Shown here one piece after another: positions 11,789 to 22,401 of a DNA stretch of 40,267 nt (position 1 is the stretch's first letter; each line of letters starts with the position of its first letter). The stretch covers positions 9,936,271 through 9,976,537 of the forward strand of contig NC_068991.1 of assembly GCF_001194135.2 (NCBI RefSeq), in the 5' to 3' direction. The stretch is from Octopus bimaculoides (Eukaryota). Under the pieces are notes generated by a model. The model had not been told where the DNA came from. It saw only the letters and a list, made by a program, of their open reading frames with translations, and made no database searches. The position numbers and the translations under genes are program-made.

Positions 11789-12203
11789 TTTCTACTCTAG
11801 GCACAAGGCCCAAAATTTTTGGGGAGGGAGCCAGTCGATTAGATCGACCTCAGTACGCAAGTGGTACTTAATTTATCGACCCCGAAATTCCTCGGCGGAA
11901 TTTGAACTCAGAACATAAAGACAGACGAAATACCGCTAAGCATTTCGCCCGGCGTGCTAACGATTCTTATTTCTTTATTGCCCACAAGGGGCTAAACATA
12001 GCGGGGGCAAACAAGGACAGGCAAAGGAATTAAGTCGATAACATCGACCCCAGTGCGTAACTGGTACTTAATTTATGGACCCCGAAAGGACGAAAGGCAA
12101 AGTCGACCATGGCGGAATTTGAACTCAGAACGTAACGGCAGACGAAATACCGCTAAGCATTTTGCCCGGCGTGCTAACGTTTCTGCCAGCTCGCCGCCTT
12201 CAA
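11789..12203 (-). mobile_element. SINE type B (tail 1) carrying a nested type B variant (tail 2, ~11968-12184)
   Basis: A 13-bp TSD ACACGTTTAATCT (11776-11788 and 12204-12216) flanks the whole unit; the inner copy is bounded by a TTCT duplication. Confidence 0.8.
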
Positions 12204-13248
12204 ACACGTTTAATCTAACAGGTTACTGTTCTACGTGTAAACACTGAGAACACATCAGGCAAAAACAAATCAATGAGGTCAACTGTAGTCGTTAAACCTG
12301 CTGGAAATAAGAGCTAAATCTCCTTCTATGCCGTTTACAGAAGAACAAAAAAATAAAGACAGAAAGGGAGAAGGAGAAAGGAACATGTTGGGTAGTTTAA
12401 TCTCAGATAAACTATGTATGAGAACGAAGAGAAAAAAAGGGCAGGATGGCTATTTCTGGAATGTCTAATTATATGAGGTTAGTAAGATCAGGGCTAAGTG
12501 GCGCTAAATAAGAAAACAAAAAATGTAGATAATGTATGTATGTGTATATGTATATAGGGATATAGATATGTAAAGGTGTTCCAAGAGAATAGAGTCGGAA
12601 ATTATATAGTGTGCCAAAATCTATAACTTCTTTGAATAAGTATGTTTTAAGTATTGTAGATTACGATTCTGCATTAAAATAAAAAAGGTTGAGCGGGGAA
12701 ACTTTACTCCACCGCACCCCTACTTAATTGTTCAGTTTCGACATTTTTTTTTTTTTTAAAGTTTTCGAATGTNNNNNNNNNNNNNNNNNNNNNNNNNNNN
12801 NNNNNNNNNNNNNNNNNNNNNNNNNNNNNNNNNNNNNNNNNNNNNNNNNNNNNNNNNNNNNNNNNNNNNNNNNNNNNNNNNNNNNNNNNNNNNNNNNNNN
12901 NNNNNNNNNNNNNNNNNNNNNNNNNNNNNNNNNNNNNNNNNNNNNNNNNNNNNNNNNNNNNNNNNNNNNNNNNNNNNNNNNNNNNNNNNNNNNNNNNNNN
13001 NNNNNNNNNNNNNNNNNNNNNNNNNNNNNNNNNNNNNNNNNNNNNNNNNNNNNNNNNNNNNNNNNNNNNNNNNNNNNNNNNNNNNNNNNNNNNNNNNNNN
13101 NNNNNNNNNNNNNNNNNNNNNNNNNNNNNNNNNNNNNNNNNNNNNNNNNNNNNNNNNNNNNNNNNNNNNNNNNNNNNNNNNNNNNNNNNNNNNNNNNNNN
13201 NNNNNNNNNNNNNNNNNNNNNNNNNNNNNNNNNNNNNNNNNNNNNNNN

Positions 13249-13289
<41 letters not shown>

Positions 13290-13384
13290 TAGATAGATCA
13301 ATAAACAGACAGACAGGCAGATAAAACATACATACATACATGCATGCATGCATGCATGACAGTTCTCCCCCAAACCACACCTTG

Positions 13385-13612
13385 CAAAAGATTATCTCCC
13401 TCCCTGTACCATCAGTGGCAGTGCAGAGCAGAAGATGGTCCCCCAGTTCAGTTACTGGGAGTGCATCCTCTCATTAATTGCAAGATCAGCCGAGAGGTTA
13501 TTAACAGACTAGTAGATCCAAACAGTGCATTCGTCAAATGGCACACAAAAAAAAACACACACAAAATAAAAATCTGGACCTATATTGCCTGTATGATAGT
13601 GATGCTTATTTA
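13385..13612 (+). pseudogene. Degraded RTE reverse transcriptase C-terminal fragment
   Basis: DYLPPCTISGSAEQKMVPQFSY / LGVHPLINCKISREVINRLVDPNSAFVK...KIWTYIACMI resembles the RTE consensus pattern PPxIxI..L..V.QF.YLGS.IS...ID.E...R..KA..AFG.L...TK..VY.A.V. Confidence 0.65.
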
Positions 13613-13965
13613 AACCAAGAAGTTTGCTTCTCAACCACATGGCTCTGGGTTCAGTCCCACTGCATAGCACCTTCGGCAAGTGTCTTCTGCTATAGCCTTG
13701 GACTGACTAAAGTCTTGTGAGTGGATTTGGTAGATGGAAACTGAAAGAAGCCCAAGAAGCCTATCGTATATTTGTGTGTGTGTGTGTTTGTCCCTTAACC
13801 ACTCTTTGACAAGCAGTGTTGATGTGTATATGTGCCCATAACCTAGCAGTTCAGCAAAAGAGACCAACAAAATAAATAGCAGGCTTATAAAAAGTAAGCA
13901 CTGGAGTCAATGTTGTCAACTAAAATTCTTCAATGCAGTGCTCCAGCATGACTGTAGTCTAAATG
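13613..13965 (+). mobile_element. Composite SINE: type A head + (TG)n + tail module
   Basis: Same architecture as 10478, 16553 and 18585. Confidence 0.8.
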
Positions 13966-14030
13966 ATCAAATGCATACTTACTCACATACATACATACAT
14001 GCATGCATGCACACACACAAATGGTATTAA

Positions 14031-14094
<64 letters not shown>

Positions 14095-15482
14095 ATGAAT
14101 GTATGTAGAAGTAGCTGCATTTAGTTCAAATGAAGGTATCAATGAAAGTGAATGAAAATGAAGTGAAGCAAGGTGTTACAATCAATGTGAAAGTTGCTTG
14201 TAGAGAACTCAGTGTGGAACTATATTGTCGGAGAAAGGAAGAGAAATGCAAAAAGATTGCTGGTGATAATAAAATTGAGTGAGTTTTGAGAATGCATGCA
14301 AAAAAGTACATATAGCTAGTTCGCTGTATGACTGACTGGCAGTGATAAAATTTACTTGGTTGGTAAGGAGCATGTTTGTAAGATGTATTTGTTTTGATGA
14401 AGGCAAGGAGAGACTAGCTCTAGCTTTGAGTTCAATAAAATTAACCACATTATGCAATATTATTGCTACTATAAGGATCGTTAAACTTCTCCACTTGTCT
14501 CAGTGATGTTCCATTAATATGCAGAATACACTGGGAAGATTTCCCTGCCTAGCTGCACTCAGCCACTGTCTGATGAGCCAAGTAGCACCCGCCAATTGTG
14601 ATACCACTAAAAGGATAGGTTCAAGCAGGCTGTATACATTTGATATATTACATTTTGACTGGGATTCCTTCACTATATGAGAGTTTTTCTTTTCTTTTTT
14701 TCCATTTTACTTGGATTTGTATTCACCAATATCCAATTAGCTTGGTATATTTATATCCCTATTAAGAGCTTGCTGACAAAGGTCAGTCAATAAGATGCCT
14801 TCAGTGAAAAGCCAGTTTCTTTTTGTTTTGTTACCAGTAACTATGATAAAGTCAGCTTCATGCTGCTTTCCTATCCTGCCGTTTCTCTACTACACAATAC
14901 CAAGGATATCACCATTGATATTGTACACTCTGGATTTAATGCAGAAGCAATACCTTTTGATAGATTTCTTTTCATTCACACGGTACCCTGGGTAAACAGT
15001 TTCTCCTCACCCCAGGAATTTTCACTACGATGAAACAATCAATTGACCACCCTATCATTTCTTTGAGGATAATTGATTTTTAGTGAATTTCTTGTTAATT
15101 ATTTTTCTATCAGTTACTTTCTTCTGATGTTAGAGTTTCCCCACTGACAATTTTTAAATCATGTTTGAAGACGATCAATTTATATTCAAGAGGATTTTTT
15201 ATTTTTGTTTTCACTATGTCTACACATTTAAAAAAAAAAAAAATTCTATATCAACTTTCATTGGTGAAAAGTGCAGCTATTTAATTATTTACATTCGACA
15301 GGTATTGCCACATAATTGATAATCTCACACAGATCAATGATCTTTTCTTTCCATTTTCTAAGTCTATGATGATATTCTTTTATTGTTTTGTCTTTGTTTA
15401 CAACTTTTAGTACCTTCAAGACACAGTTTAACACGTTGTGAAAGGGGAATAAAAACAGCAGCTTATTTATGAAATTTATTGT

Positions 15483-15856
15483 TACCTCCGCCAAGGAAGA
15501 AGGTTATGTTTTCATCAGCATTGGTTTGTCCGTCTGTCCGCAAGATAACTCAAAAAGTTGTGAACAGTATTTGATGAAACTTGCAGAAAAAGTTGGGAAT
15601 GACACAAGAAAAAAATGGTGAAATTTTGGTAGTGATCCAGGAATTTTTATGGATTCTTGAAGGATTTTTCATTTGTTATATTTACTTTACATGAAGTATT
15701 ACAATGATACGTTCTTTGATTATCTCCCTTGAAAACACGTTCGTCGCTTCCACATAACCTATGGTGGTGTTGCTGTTTCTAAAGTTTATTTTAGTTTCTC
15801 TATTAGTAATTTTACTTGCGTATCTATCTTAAAATGAGCTGCTTGGCAGAGGTCTG
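15483..15856 (+). mobile_element. HINE/DINE-1-like non-autonomous Helentron (copy 1, 3' hairpin missing)
   Basis: Subterminal IRs ACCTCCGCCAAG (15484-95) and CTTGGCAGAGGT (15842-53); TGTCCGTCTGTCCG microsatellite core follows the 5' IR. Confidence 0.55.
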
Positions 15857-15954
15857 TGGAGGATGACATAACAAGCCTTGACTATTGGGATGATCCTGTT
15901 TCTAAAGGGTTTTTTAAAAAAAAAATCATATGGCTGTGTTATTTTTTTTTTTTT

Positions 15955-16083
15955 TACCCCCACCAAGGAGGTTATGTTTTTGCCGGCGTTGGTTTGGGGA
16001 ATTGGGCGATTTTCAGCATGCGTGTATATGGGTTGAAATGAGCTGCTTGGTGGAGGTCTGCGCTCTCCGAGTGCTTTTCTAGT
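15955..16083 (+). mobile_element. HINE/DINE-1-like non-autonomous Helentron (copy 2, short)
   Basis: Sub-TIRs ACCCCCACCAAG (15956-67) and CTTGGTGGAGGT (16046-57); 3' hairpin GCGCTC-TCC-GAGTGC (16060-74) followed by TTTTCTAGTT; the 5' end sits in a T-run. Confidence 0.6.
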
Positions 16084-16191
16084 TATGTTTTTGTATTTAA
16101 TTTGCAATATTTTTGATGAGAACTTGTACATTGAAGCTGATTTTGTTTGTCCTAGGAGGGTCTTTATGCCAATGACAGACACATGCACAGC

Positions 16192-16523
16192 TTCTATATC
16201 ACTTCTGATTTTTTAATTGTGAATCGGTTAACTATTTAATCAATTAACTAAGCAATTAATTGTTCAGTTAATTAATCATTCAGCAATGTTCATTAAAGTC
16301 CTTCCATCACCATTTTCAATCTCTTCAATGATAAGCTACCGCTGAAGCAGATCTGAAGTAGAGAGGGCATATCGATGGCGAAGTTATGAAAGGAAGACAA
16401 AAGGACTTTGACAAACCTAACTGATTGATTAATGACCAAATGATTAATCAAATAAATGATTAGTTAACTGGTTGAATAGTTAACTGAGTGACAAATAAAA
16501 AAAATTAAAGAAGTGAAATAGAA
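16192..16523. mobile_element. Foldback/MITE-like element with ~90-bp imperfect inverted arms
   Basis: 16192-16280 (TTCTATATCACTTCT...GGTTAACTATTTAATCAATTAACTAA...ATTAATCATT) aligns with the reverse complement of 16436-16523; no TSD seen. Confidence 0.55.
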
Positions 16524-16552
16524 ACAATGTATTTATTATTGATATAATTATA

Positions 16553-17050
16553 GGTGCAGGAGTGGCTGTGTGGTAAGTAGCTTGCTTACCAACCACATGG
16601 TTCCGGGTTCATTCCCACTGCGTGGCATCTTGGGCAAGTGTCTTCTACTATAGCCTTGGGCCGACCAAAGCCTTGTGAGTGGATTTGGTAGACAGAAACT
16701 GAAAGAAGCCTGTCGTATATATATATATATATATATATATATATNNNNNNNNNNNNNNNNNNNNNNNNNNNNNNNNNNNNNNNNNNNNNNNNNNNNNNNN
16801 NNNNNNNNNNNNNNNNNNNNNNNNNNNNNNNNNNNNNNNNNNNNNNNNNNNNNNNNNNNNNNNNNNNNNNNNNNNNNNNNNNNNNNNNNNNNNNNNNNNN
16901 NNNNNNNNNNNNNNNNNNNNNNNNNNNNNNNNNNNNNNNNNNNNNNNNNNNNNNNNNNNNNNNNNAAGAATAAGCCCTGGGGTCGATTTGCTCAACTAAA
17001 GGTGGTGCTCCAGCATGGCCACAGTCAAAATGACTGAAACAAGTAAAAGA
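16553..17050 (+). mobile_element. Composite SINE: young type A head + (TA)n/gap + tail module
   Basis: Complete head GGTGCAGGAGTGGCTGTGTGGTAAGTAGCTTGC...GAAAGAAGCCTGTCG; the tail resumes after the gap at 16966. Confidence 0.85.
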
Positions 17051-17334
17051 GAAAAAAAAAACAGAGAAACAAATCAACACTAGTTCTTATTGTTTTCTTT
17101 TTAAGTCAGGTACATATTTTATCAGTCTCTTTTTGCCAAACTGCAAAGTGACAGGGGTATAAACAAACAACATTGGTTGTCAATTGGGCTGAATAAATAA
17201 ACATACGATGGTCACAGGTGTGGCTGTGTGGTAAGAAGTTTGTTTCCGATCCAAACAGCTTCAGGTTCAGTCACAGAGCATGGTACCTTGGGTGAGTGTC
17301 TACTATTATAGCCCTAGGCCTTCATTTCCTGAAC

Positions 17335-17650
17335 TTCTGAGACATGTCTGGACATTGAGAAGTATTACCTTAGCTGAGAACAGGTAAGAGTTGGTGACAG
17401 GAAGGGCATCCAGCTGTTGAAAAGTTCCCCTTAATAAAATTCTGTCTGACCCATGCAAGCACAGGAAAGTGGATGTCAAATGATGATGATGGTGATAATG
17501 ATGACGATGATGATGTTTCCATCTACCAAACTCACTCACAAAGGCATTCACTGGCTATGTTAAAAGACACTTGCCCAAGGTCCCACATAGTGGGGACAGA
17601 ACCCAAAACCATGTAATTTCAAAATGAGCATCTTAACCACTCAGCCATCC
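17335..17650. mobile_element. RTE-type 3' end (+, 17335-17515, (GAT)n tail) abutting a SINE type A (-, 17516-17650)
   Basis: GGAAGGGCATCCAGCTG...GACCCATGCAAGCA...GATGATGATG, followed by the reversed type A body. Confidence 0.7.
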
Positions 17651-17658
17651 CTACTCTG

Positions 17659-17711
<53 letters not shown>

Positions 17712-17858
17712 CATATATATGCACATACACACACAGATGCTCACACACACAAATACATGCACACACAAATATGCAAATACACATACACACACACACACAC
17801 GCACTCACTCTTTCTTGCACACACACACACACACACTGTCACACACACAAACATACAC

Positions 17859-17896
<38 letters not shown>

Positions 17897-18099
17897 TCAC
17901 TCGCATACACACACACACAGTTACGTGAATCTGTTACAATCTTCGATCCTTACCAGGTGAAACAAGCATGAAAAGAATAGAGATATGGATGTCTAAATAG
18001 GTATGAATAAAAATACGCAGTCGTGCATTTGATCATATATTGACGATGGCTTTTCTCTTGCTAATTTTTGTCTGTTTAATTTCATTTCTCTTTCCCTTA

Positions 18100-18530
18100 T
18101 TTTTCTGCACGGTTCAGACTGAATGTGTTGAGACAGATTTTCTACAGCTGGATGCTCTTTCTGTCACCAACCCTCACCTGCTTCCAAGGAAGGTAAAATT
18201 CTTTTCTACTCTAGGCACAAGGCCTGAAATTTTGGGGGAAGAGAAGGAGGCCCAGTCAATTAAATCGACTCCAGTACGCAACTGGTACTTAATTTATCGA
18301 CGTCGAAAGAATGAAAGGCAAAGTTGACCTCGGTGGAATTTGAACTCAGAATGTAAAGATAGATGAAATACTGCTAAGCATTTCGCCCGGCGTGCTAACG
18401 TTTCTGCCAGCTCGCTGCCTTCAAGAAAGGTAATATTACCCCACGACCAGACATGTTTTCATGGAAGATTGGAAAACGAAGGACAATGCTTACATGACTA
18501 TGTCGTTCACTTACAATTATCACGTGAAAT
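18100..18530 (-). mobile_element. RTE-type 3' element interrupted by a SINE type B (18201-18421)
   Basis: ~16-bp TSD CAAGGAAGGTAAAATT (18185-18200) / CAAGAAAGGTAATATT (18422-18437); removing the insert restores a sequence colinear with 19580-19650. Confidence 0.75.
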
Positions 18531-18584
18531 CTAAGCAAAAAGACAGAAACAAACACACACACATACAGAGATATTCTTTTATTA

Positions 18585-18900
18585 TTTTATTTGCTTCATT
18601 CATTTGACTGTGGCCATGCTGGAGCACTGCCTTTAGTCAAACAAATCAATCCCAGGACTTATTGTTTGTAAGCCTAGTACTTATTCTATCAGTCATCTTT
18701 TGCTGAACCGCTAGATTACAGGGACAAACACACACACACACGACAGGCTTCTTTCAGTTTCCGTATACCAAATACACTCACAAGGCTTTGGTCGGCCCGC
18801 AGCTATAGTAGAAGACACTTGCCTGAGGTGCCATGCAGTGGGACTGAACCTGGAACCATGTGGTTGGTAAGCAAGCTACTTACCCCGCAGCCACTCCTGC
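18585..18900 (-). mobile_element. Composite SINE: type A head + (CA)n + tail module
   Basis: Head 18742-18900 and tail 18585-18730 are co-oriented. Confidence 0.8.
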
Positions 18901-19224
18901 ACACACACACACACACACACACATGTGTGTATGTGCATGAGTATGTGTATAGCCTCGGAGTTAGAGTATTGTGTTCATGATTGTGGAGCATTGCGCTCTT
19001 GAGCAAGAGACTTCATTTCACACTGCTCTGTGATCACTTCAACATCTGACATGTCCTACACTGTACACCTGTACAAGCAATGTCTAGTTGAAGAGCTATT
19101 GTACAACACAAACATTTGATCACTATAAGCAAATAATCTGCACAGGTTGTTCTACAAGGCATTGTGGAACATTCATCTGTCACTTATGATAGGAGAGTCC
19201 ACTATACATACATACATACACACA

Positions 19225-19435
19225 CAGAACCATTAGCACACCAGGCGAAATGCTTAGCGGTATTTCGTCTGCCCGCTACGTTCTGAGTTCAAATTCCGCC
19301 GAGGTCGACTTTGCCTTTCATCCTTTCGGGGTCAATTAAATAAGTACGAGTTATGCACTGGGGTCGATATAATCCGTTTGTCTGTCCTTGTTTGTCCCCT
19401 CTGTGTGTAGCCCCTTGTGGGTACTAAAGAAATAA
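19225..19435 (+). mobile_element. SINE type B with tail 2, inserted in a (CA)n tract
   Basis: Starts GAACCATTAGCAC and ends TAGCCCCTTGTGGGTACTAAAGAAATAA; (CA)n on both sides. Confidence 0.8.
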
Positions 19436-19494
19436 CACACACACACACACACATATATGTATGCATGTATATATATATGAGTGTGTATATTTGT

Positions 19495-19985
19495 ACTTGT
19501 CTTGACATCATGTGATAGTTGTAAATGAGTATCACTGTCATACAAGCAGTGTCATTTATTTCCAACATTCAGTGAAAACATGTCTGGCCATGGGGAAGTA
19601 TTACCTTGCCTGGAAACATGTTACTGTTGGTGACAATAAGGGCATCCAACTATAGAAAATCTGCCTCAATACAATTCCATCTGACCCATGCAAGCATGAA
19701 AAAGTGAAGATTTAATGATGATAATGATACACACATATATATTATATATATATACTCACACACACACATATATATATATATATATTCTTTTATTTGTTTC
19801 AGCCATTTGGCTGCGGCCATGCTGGAGCATTGCCTTTAGTCGAACAAATCGACCCCAGGACTTATTCTTTGTGAGCCTAGTACTTTTCCTATCGGTCTCT
19901 TTTGCCGAACCACTAAGTTACGGGGAAGTAAACACAACAACATCGGTTGTCAAGCAATGATGGGAGGGGGACAAACACACACACA
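19495..19985. mobile_element. RTE-type 3' element (+, 19495-19730) and SINE tail module (-, 19785-19985)
   Basis: Homologous to the copies at 17335/18100 and 55/18585. Confidence 0.7.
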
Positions 19986-20662
19986 TAAACAGTGCCGTAT
20001 GTAGAAGTACTATATATATNNNNNNNNNNNNNNNNNNNNNNNNNNNNNNNNNNNNNNNNNNNNNNNNNNNNNNNNNNNNNNNNNNNNNNNNNNNNNNNNN
20101 NNNNNNNNNNNNNNNNNNNNNNNNNNNNNNNNNNNNNNNNNNNNNNNNNNNNNNNNNNNNNNNNNNNNNNNNNNNNNNNNNNNNNNNNNNNNNNNNNNNN
20201 NNNNNNNNNNNNNNNNNNNNNNNNNNNNNNNNNNNNNNNNNNNNNNNNNNNNNNNNNNNNNNNNNNNNNNNNNNNNNNNNNNNNNNNNNNNNNNNNNNNN
20301 NNNNNNNNNNNNNNNNNNNNNNNNNNNNNNNNNNNNNNNNNNNNNNNNNNNNNNNNNNNNNNNNNNNNNNNNNNNNNNNNNNNNNNNNNNNNNNNNNNNN
20401 NNNGTACATTATATAGACATACGTTATTCATTCTTTATCAAGAAAGTAAAACTGAAAAAAAAAAAATCTATAGCCAGAACGGAAATGGTGTTTATAAACA
20501 AACTGATAATTCATTGTGTATATGTTTGTTATAGATGTGTGCGTGCGTGCGCGAGCGTGTGTATGTGGATCGGGTGTATATGTATGTGTGGTATGTTTGT
20601 GTATGTGACGGGTGTGTATGTTGTAGATGTTTAAGTGATATTATACGTGTAATGTATATGAA

Positions 20663-20698
<36 letters not shown>

Positions 20699-20934
20699 AG
20701 ATAGAGAGAAAGAGAGAGAGTGAGTGCATATGTATTTATGTACCGTATGCAGAAGTGTGTAACGAAGTATTTTCCTCTGGAAAAAGTTGAGCACTACTAC
20801 TTATACCACCACCCCCATCAATATTGCTATATCACTAGTAACAGTACCGCCACCACCACCACCATCATCATCATCACCACCACAAGTAGTGTTATTATCG
20901 CCACTGTCGCCTCCACCGCCAACAACAATAAAAA

Positions 20935-21640
20935 CAATTGTTTCCAATATTGGCACAAGGCCAGTAATTTTGAGGGAGTGGAATTTGGACTATGGCTTGA
21001 ACTCAGAACTTTATTTTATCGATCTCGGAAGGATGGAAGGTAACGAAACAGTCCTTTCTAGTATAGGCACAAAGCCTGAAATGTGTGGGAAGCGGGGACC
21101 GTGGATTACAACAACCCCTCAGCGCAACCGGTACTTATTTCATCGATCCCAGAAAGGATGAAAGACAAAGTGGACCACGGCGGAATTCGAACTCAGAACG
21201 TAAAGCCGGTAGAAAGGCCACTAACCACTTTGTCCGGCGTTGCCAACGACACTACTAGCTCGCCGCCTTAAAGGCAACAAATAGTAACTAATTTTATAAT
21301 GATAATAATAATCTTTCTAACTACAGGTACAGGACCTGATATTTTGAGGGAAGGGGTCAGTCGGTTACATCGATCATCGATCCCAGCACTTAACTGCTAC
21401 TTATTCCATCGACCCAGAAAAGATGAAAGGCAAACTCGGCCTTGGCGGAATTTGAACTCAGAACGTAAAGACGGACGAAATGCCGCTAGGTATTTTGTCC
21501 GGTGTGCTGACGATTCTACAAGCTAAAGGCAATAAATAATGCTTACTAATTTAATAATAATAATAATATTAATCGCTTATAGTAATTGTTTCTAATATAG
21601 GCACAAGGCCACAATTTAGTTGGGGAGAGGATCATAATAA
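20935..21640 (-). mobile_element. Tandem cluster of co-oriented SINE type B copies and fragments
   Basis: The tail motif GGCACAARGCC occurs near 20952, 21066 and 21600 (degenerate near 21325); the GGCGGAATTYGAACTCAGAACGTA core is repeated. Confidence 0.75.
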
Positions 21641-21825
21641 GGCATTTTAATAAACCCCAGAACATAATATTTATTTCTTTCAAGAGACACAGCAGAAGAA
21701 AGCCCTTTGCGGTAACCTAGATACCCTTTTTTATCTATATAATATAAAAATAAAAATAACTTTAAATAACAAGAATAAATCAGGACTCAAGATAGTCTCA
21801 GTCTCAGTCTCAGTCTCAGTCTCAC

Positions 21826-21857
<32 letters not shown>

Positions 21858-22358
21858 CCCCTCTCTCTCTCTCTCTCNNNNNNNNNNNNNNNNNNNNNNN
21901 NNNNNNNNNNNNNNNNNNNNNNNNNNNNNNNNNNNNNNNNNNNNNNNNNNNNNNNNNNNNNNNNNNNNNNNNNNNNNNNNNNNNNNNNNNNNNNNNNNNN
22001 NNNNNNNNNNNNNNNNNNNNNNNNNNNNNNNNNNNNNNNNNNNNNNNNNNNNNNNNNNNNNNNNNNNNNNNNNNNNNNNNNNNNNNNNNNNNNNNNNNNN
22101 NNNNNNNNNNNNNNNNNNNNNNNNNNNNNNNNNNNNNNNNNNNNNNNNNNNNNNNNNNNNNNNNNNNNNNNNNNNNNNNNNNNNNNNNNNNNNNNNNNNN
22201 NNNNNNNNNNNNNNNNNNNNNNNNNNNNNNNNNNNNNNNNNNNNNNNNNNNNNNNNNNNNNNNNNNNNNNNNNNNNNNNNNNNNNNNNNNNNNNNNNNNN
22301 NNNNNNNNNNNNNNNNNNNNNNNNNNNNNNNNNNNNNNNNNNNNNNNNNNNNNNNNNN

Positions 22359-22401
<43 letters not shown>

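Noticed and set aside
14200-15000. Minus-strand peptide scraps resembling RT (ARQGNLPSVFCILME; HINGTSLRQVEKF) or a Gypsy protease (FIIVTGNKTKRNWL)
   Set aside because: The motifs are weak, mutually inconsistent and wrongly spaced; no family can be assigned without an HMM search.
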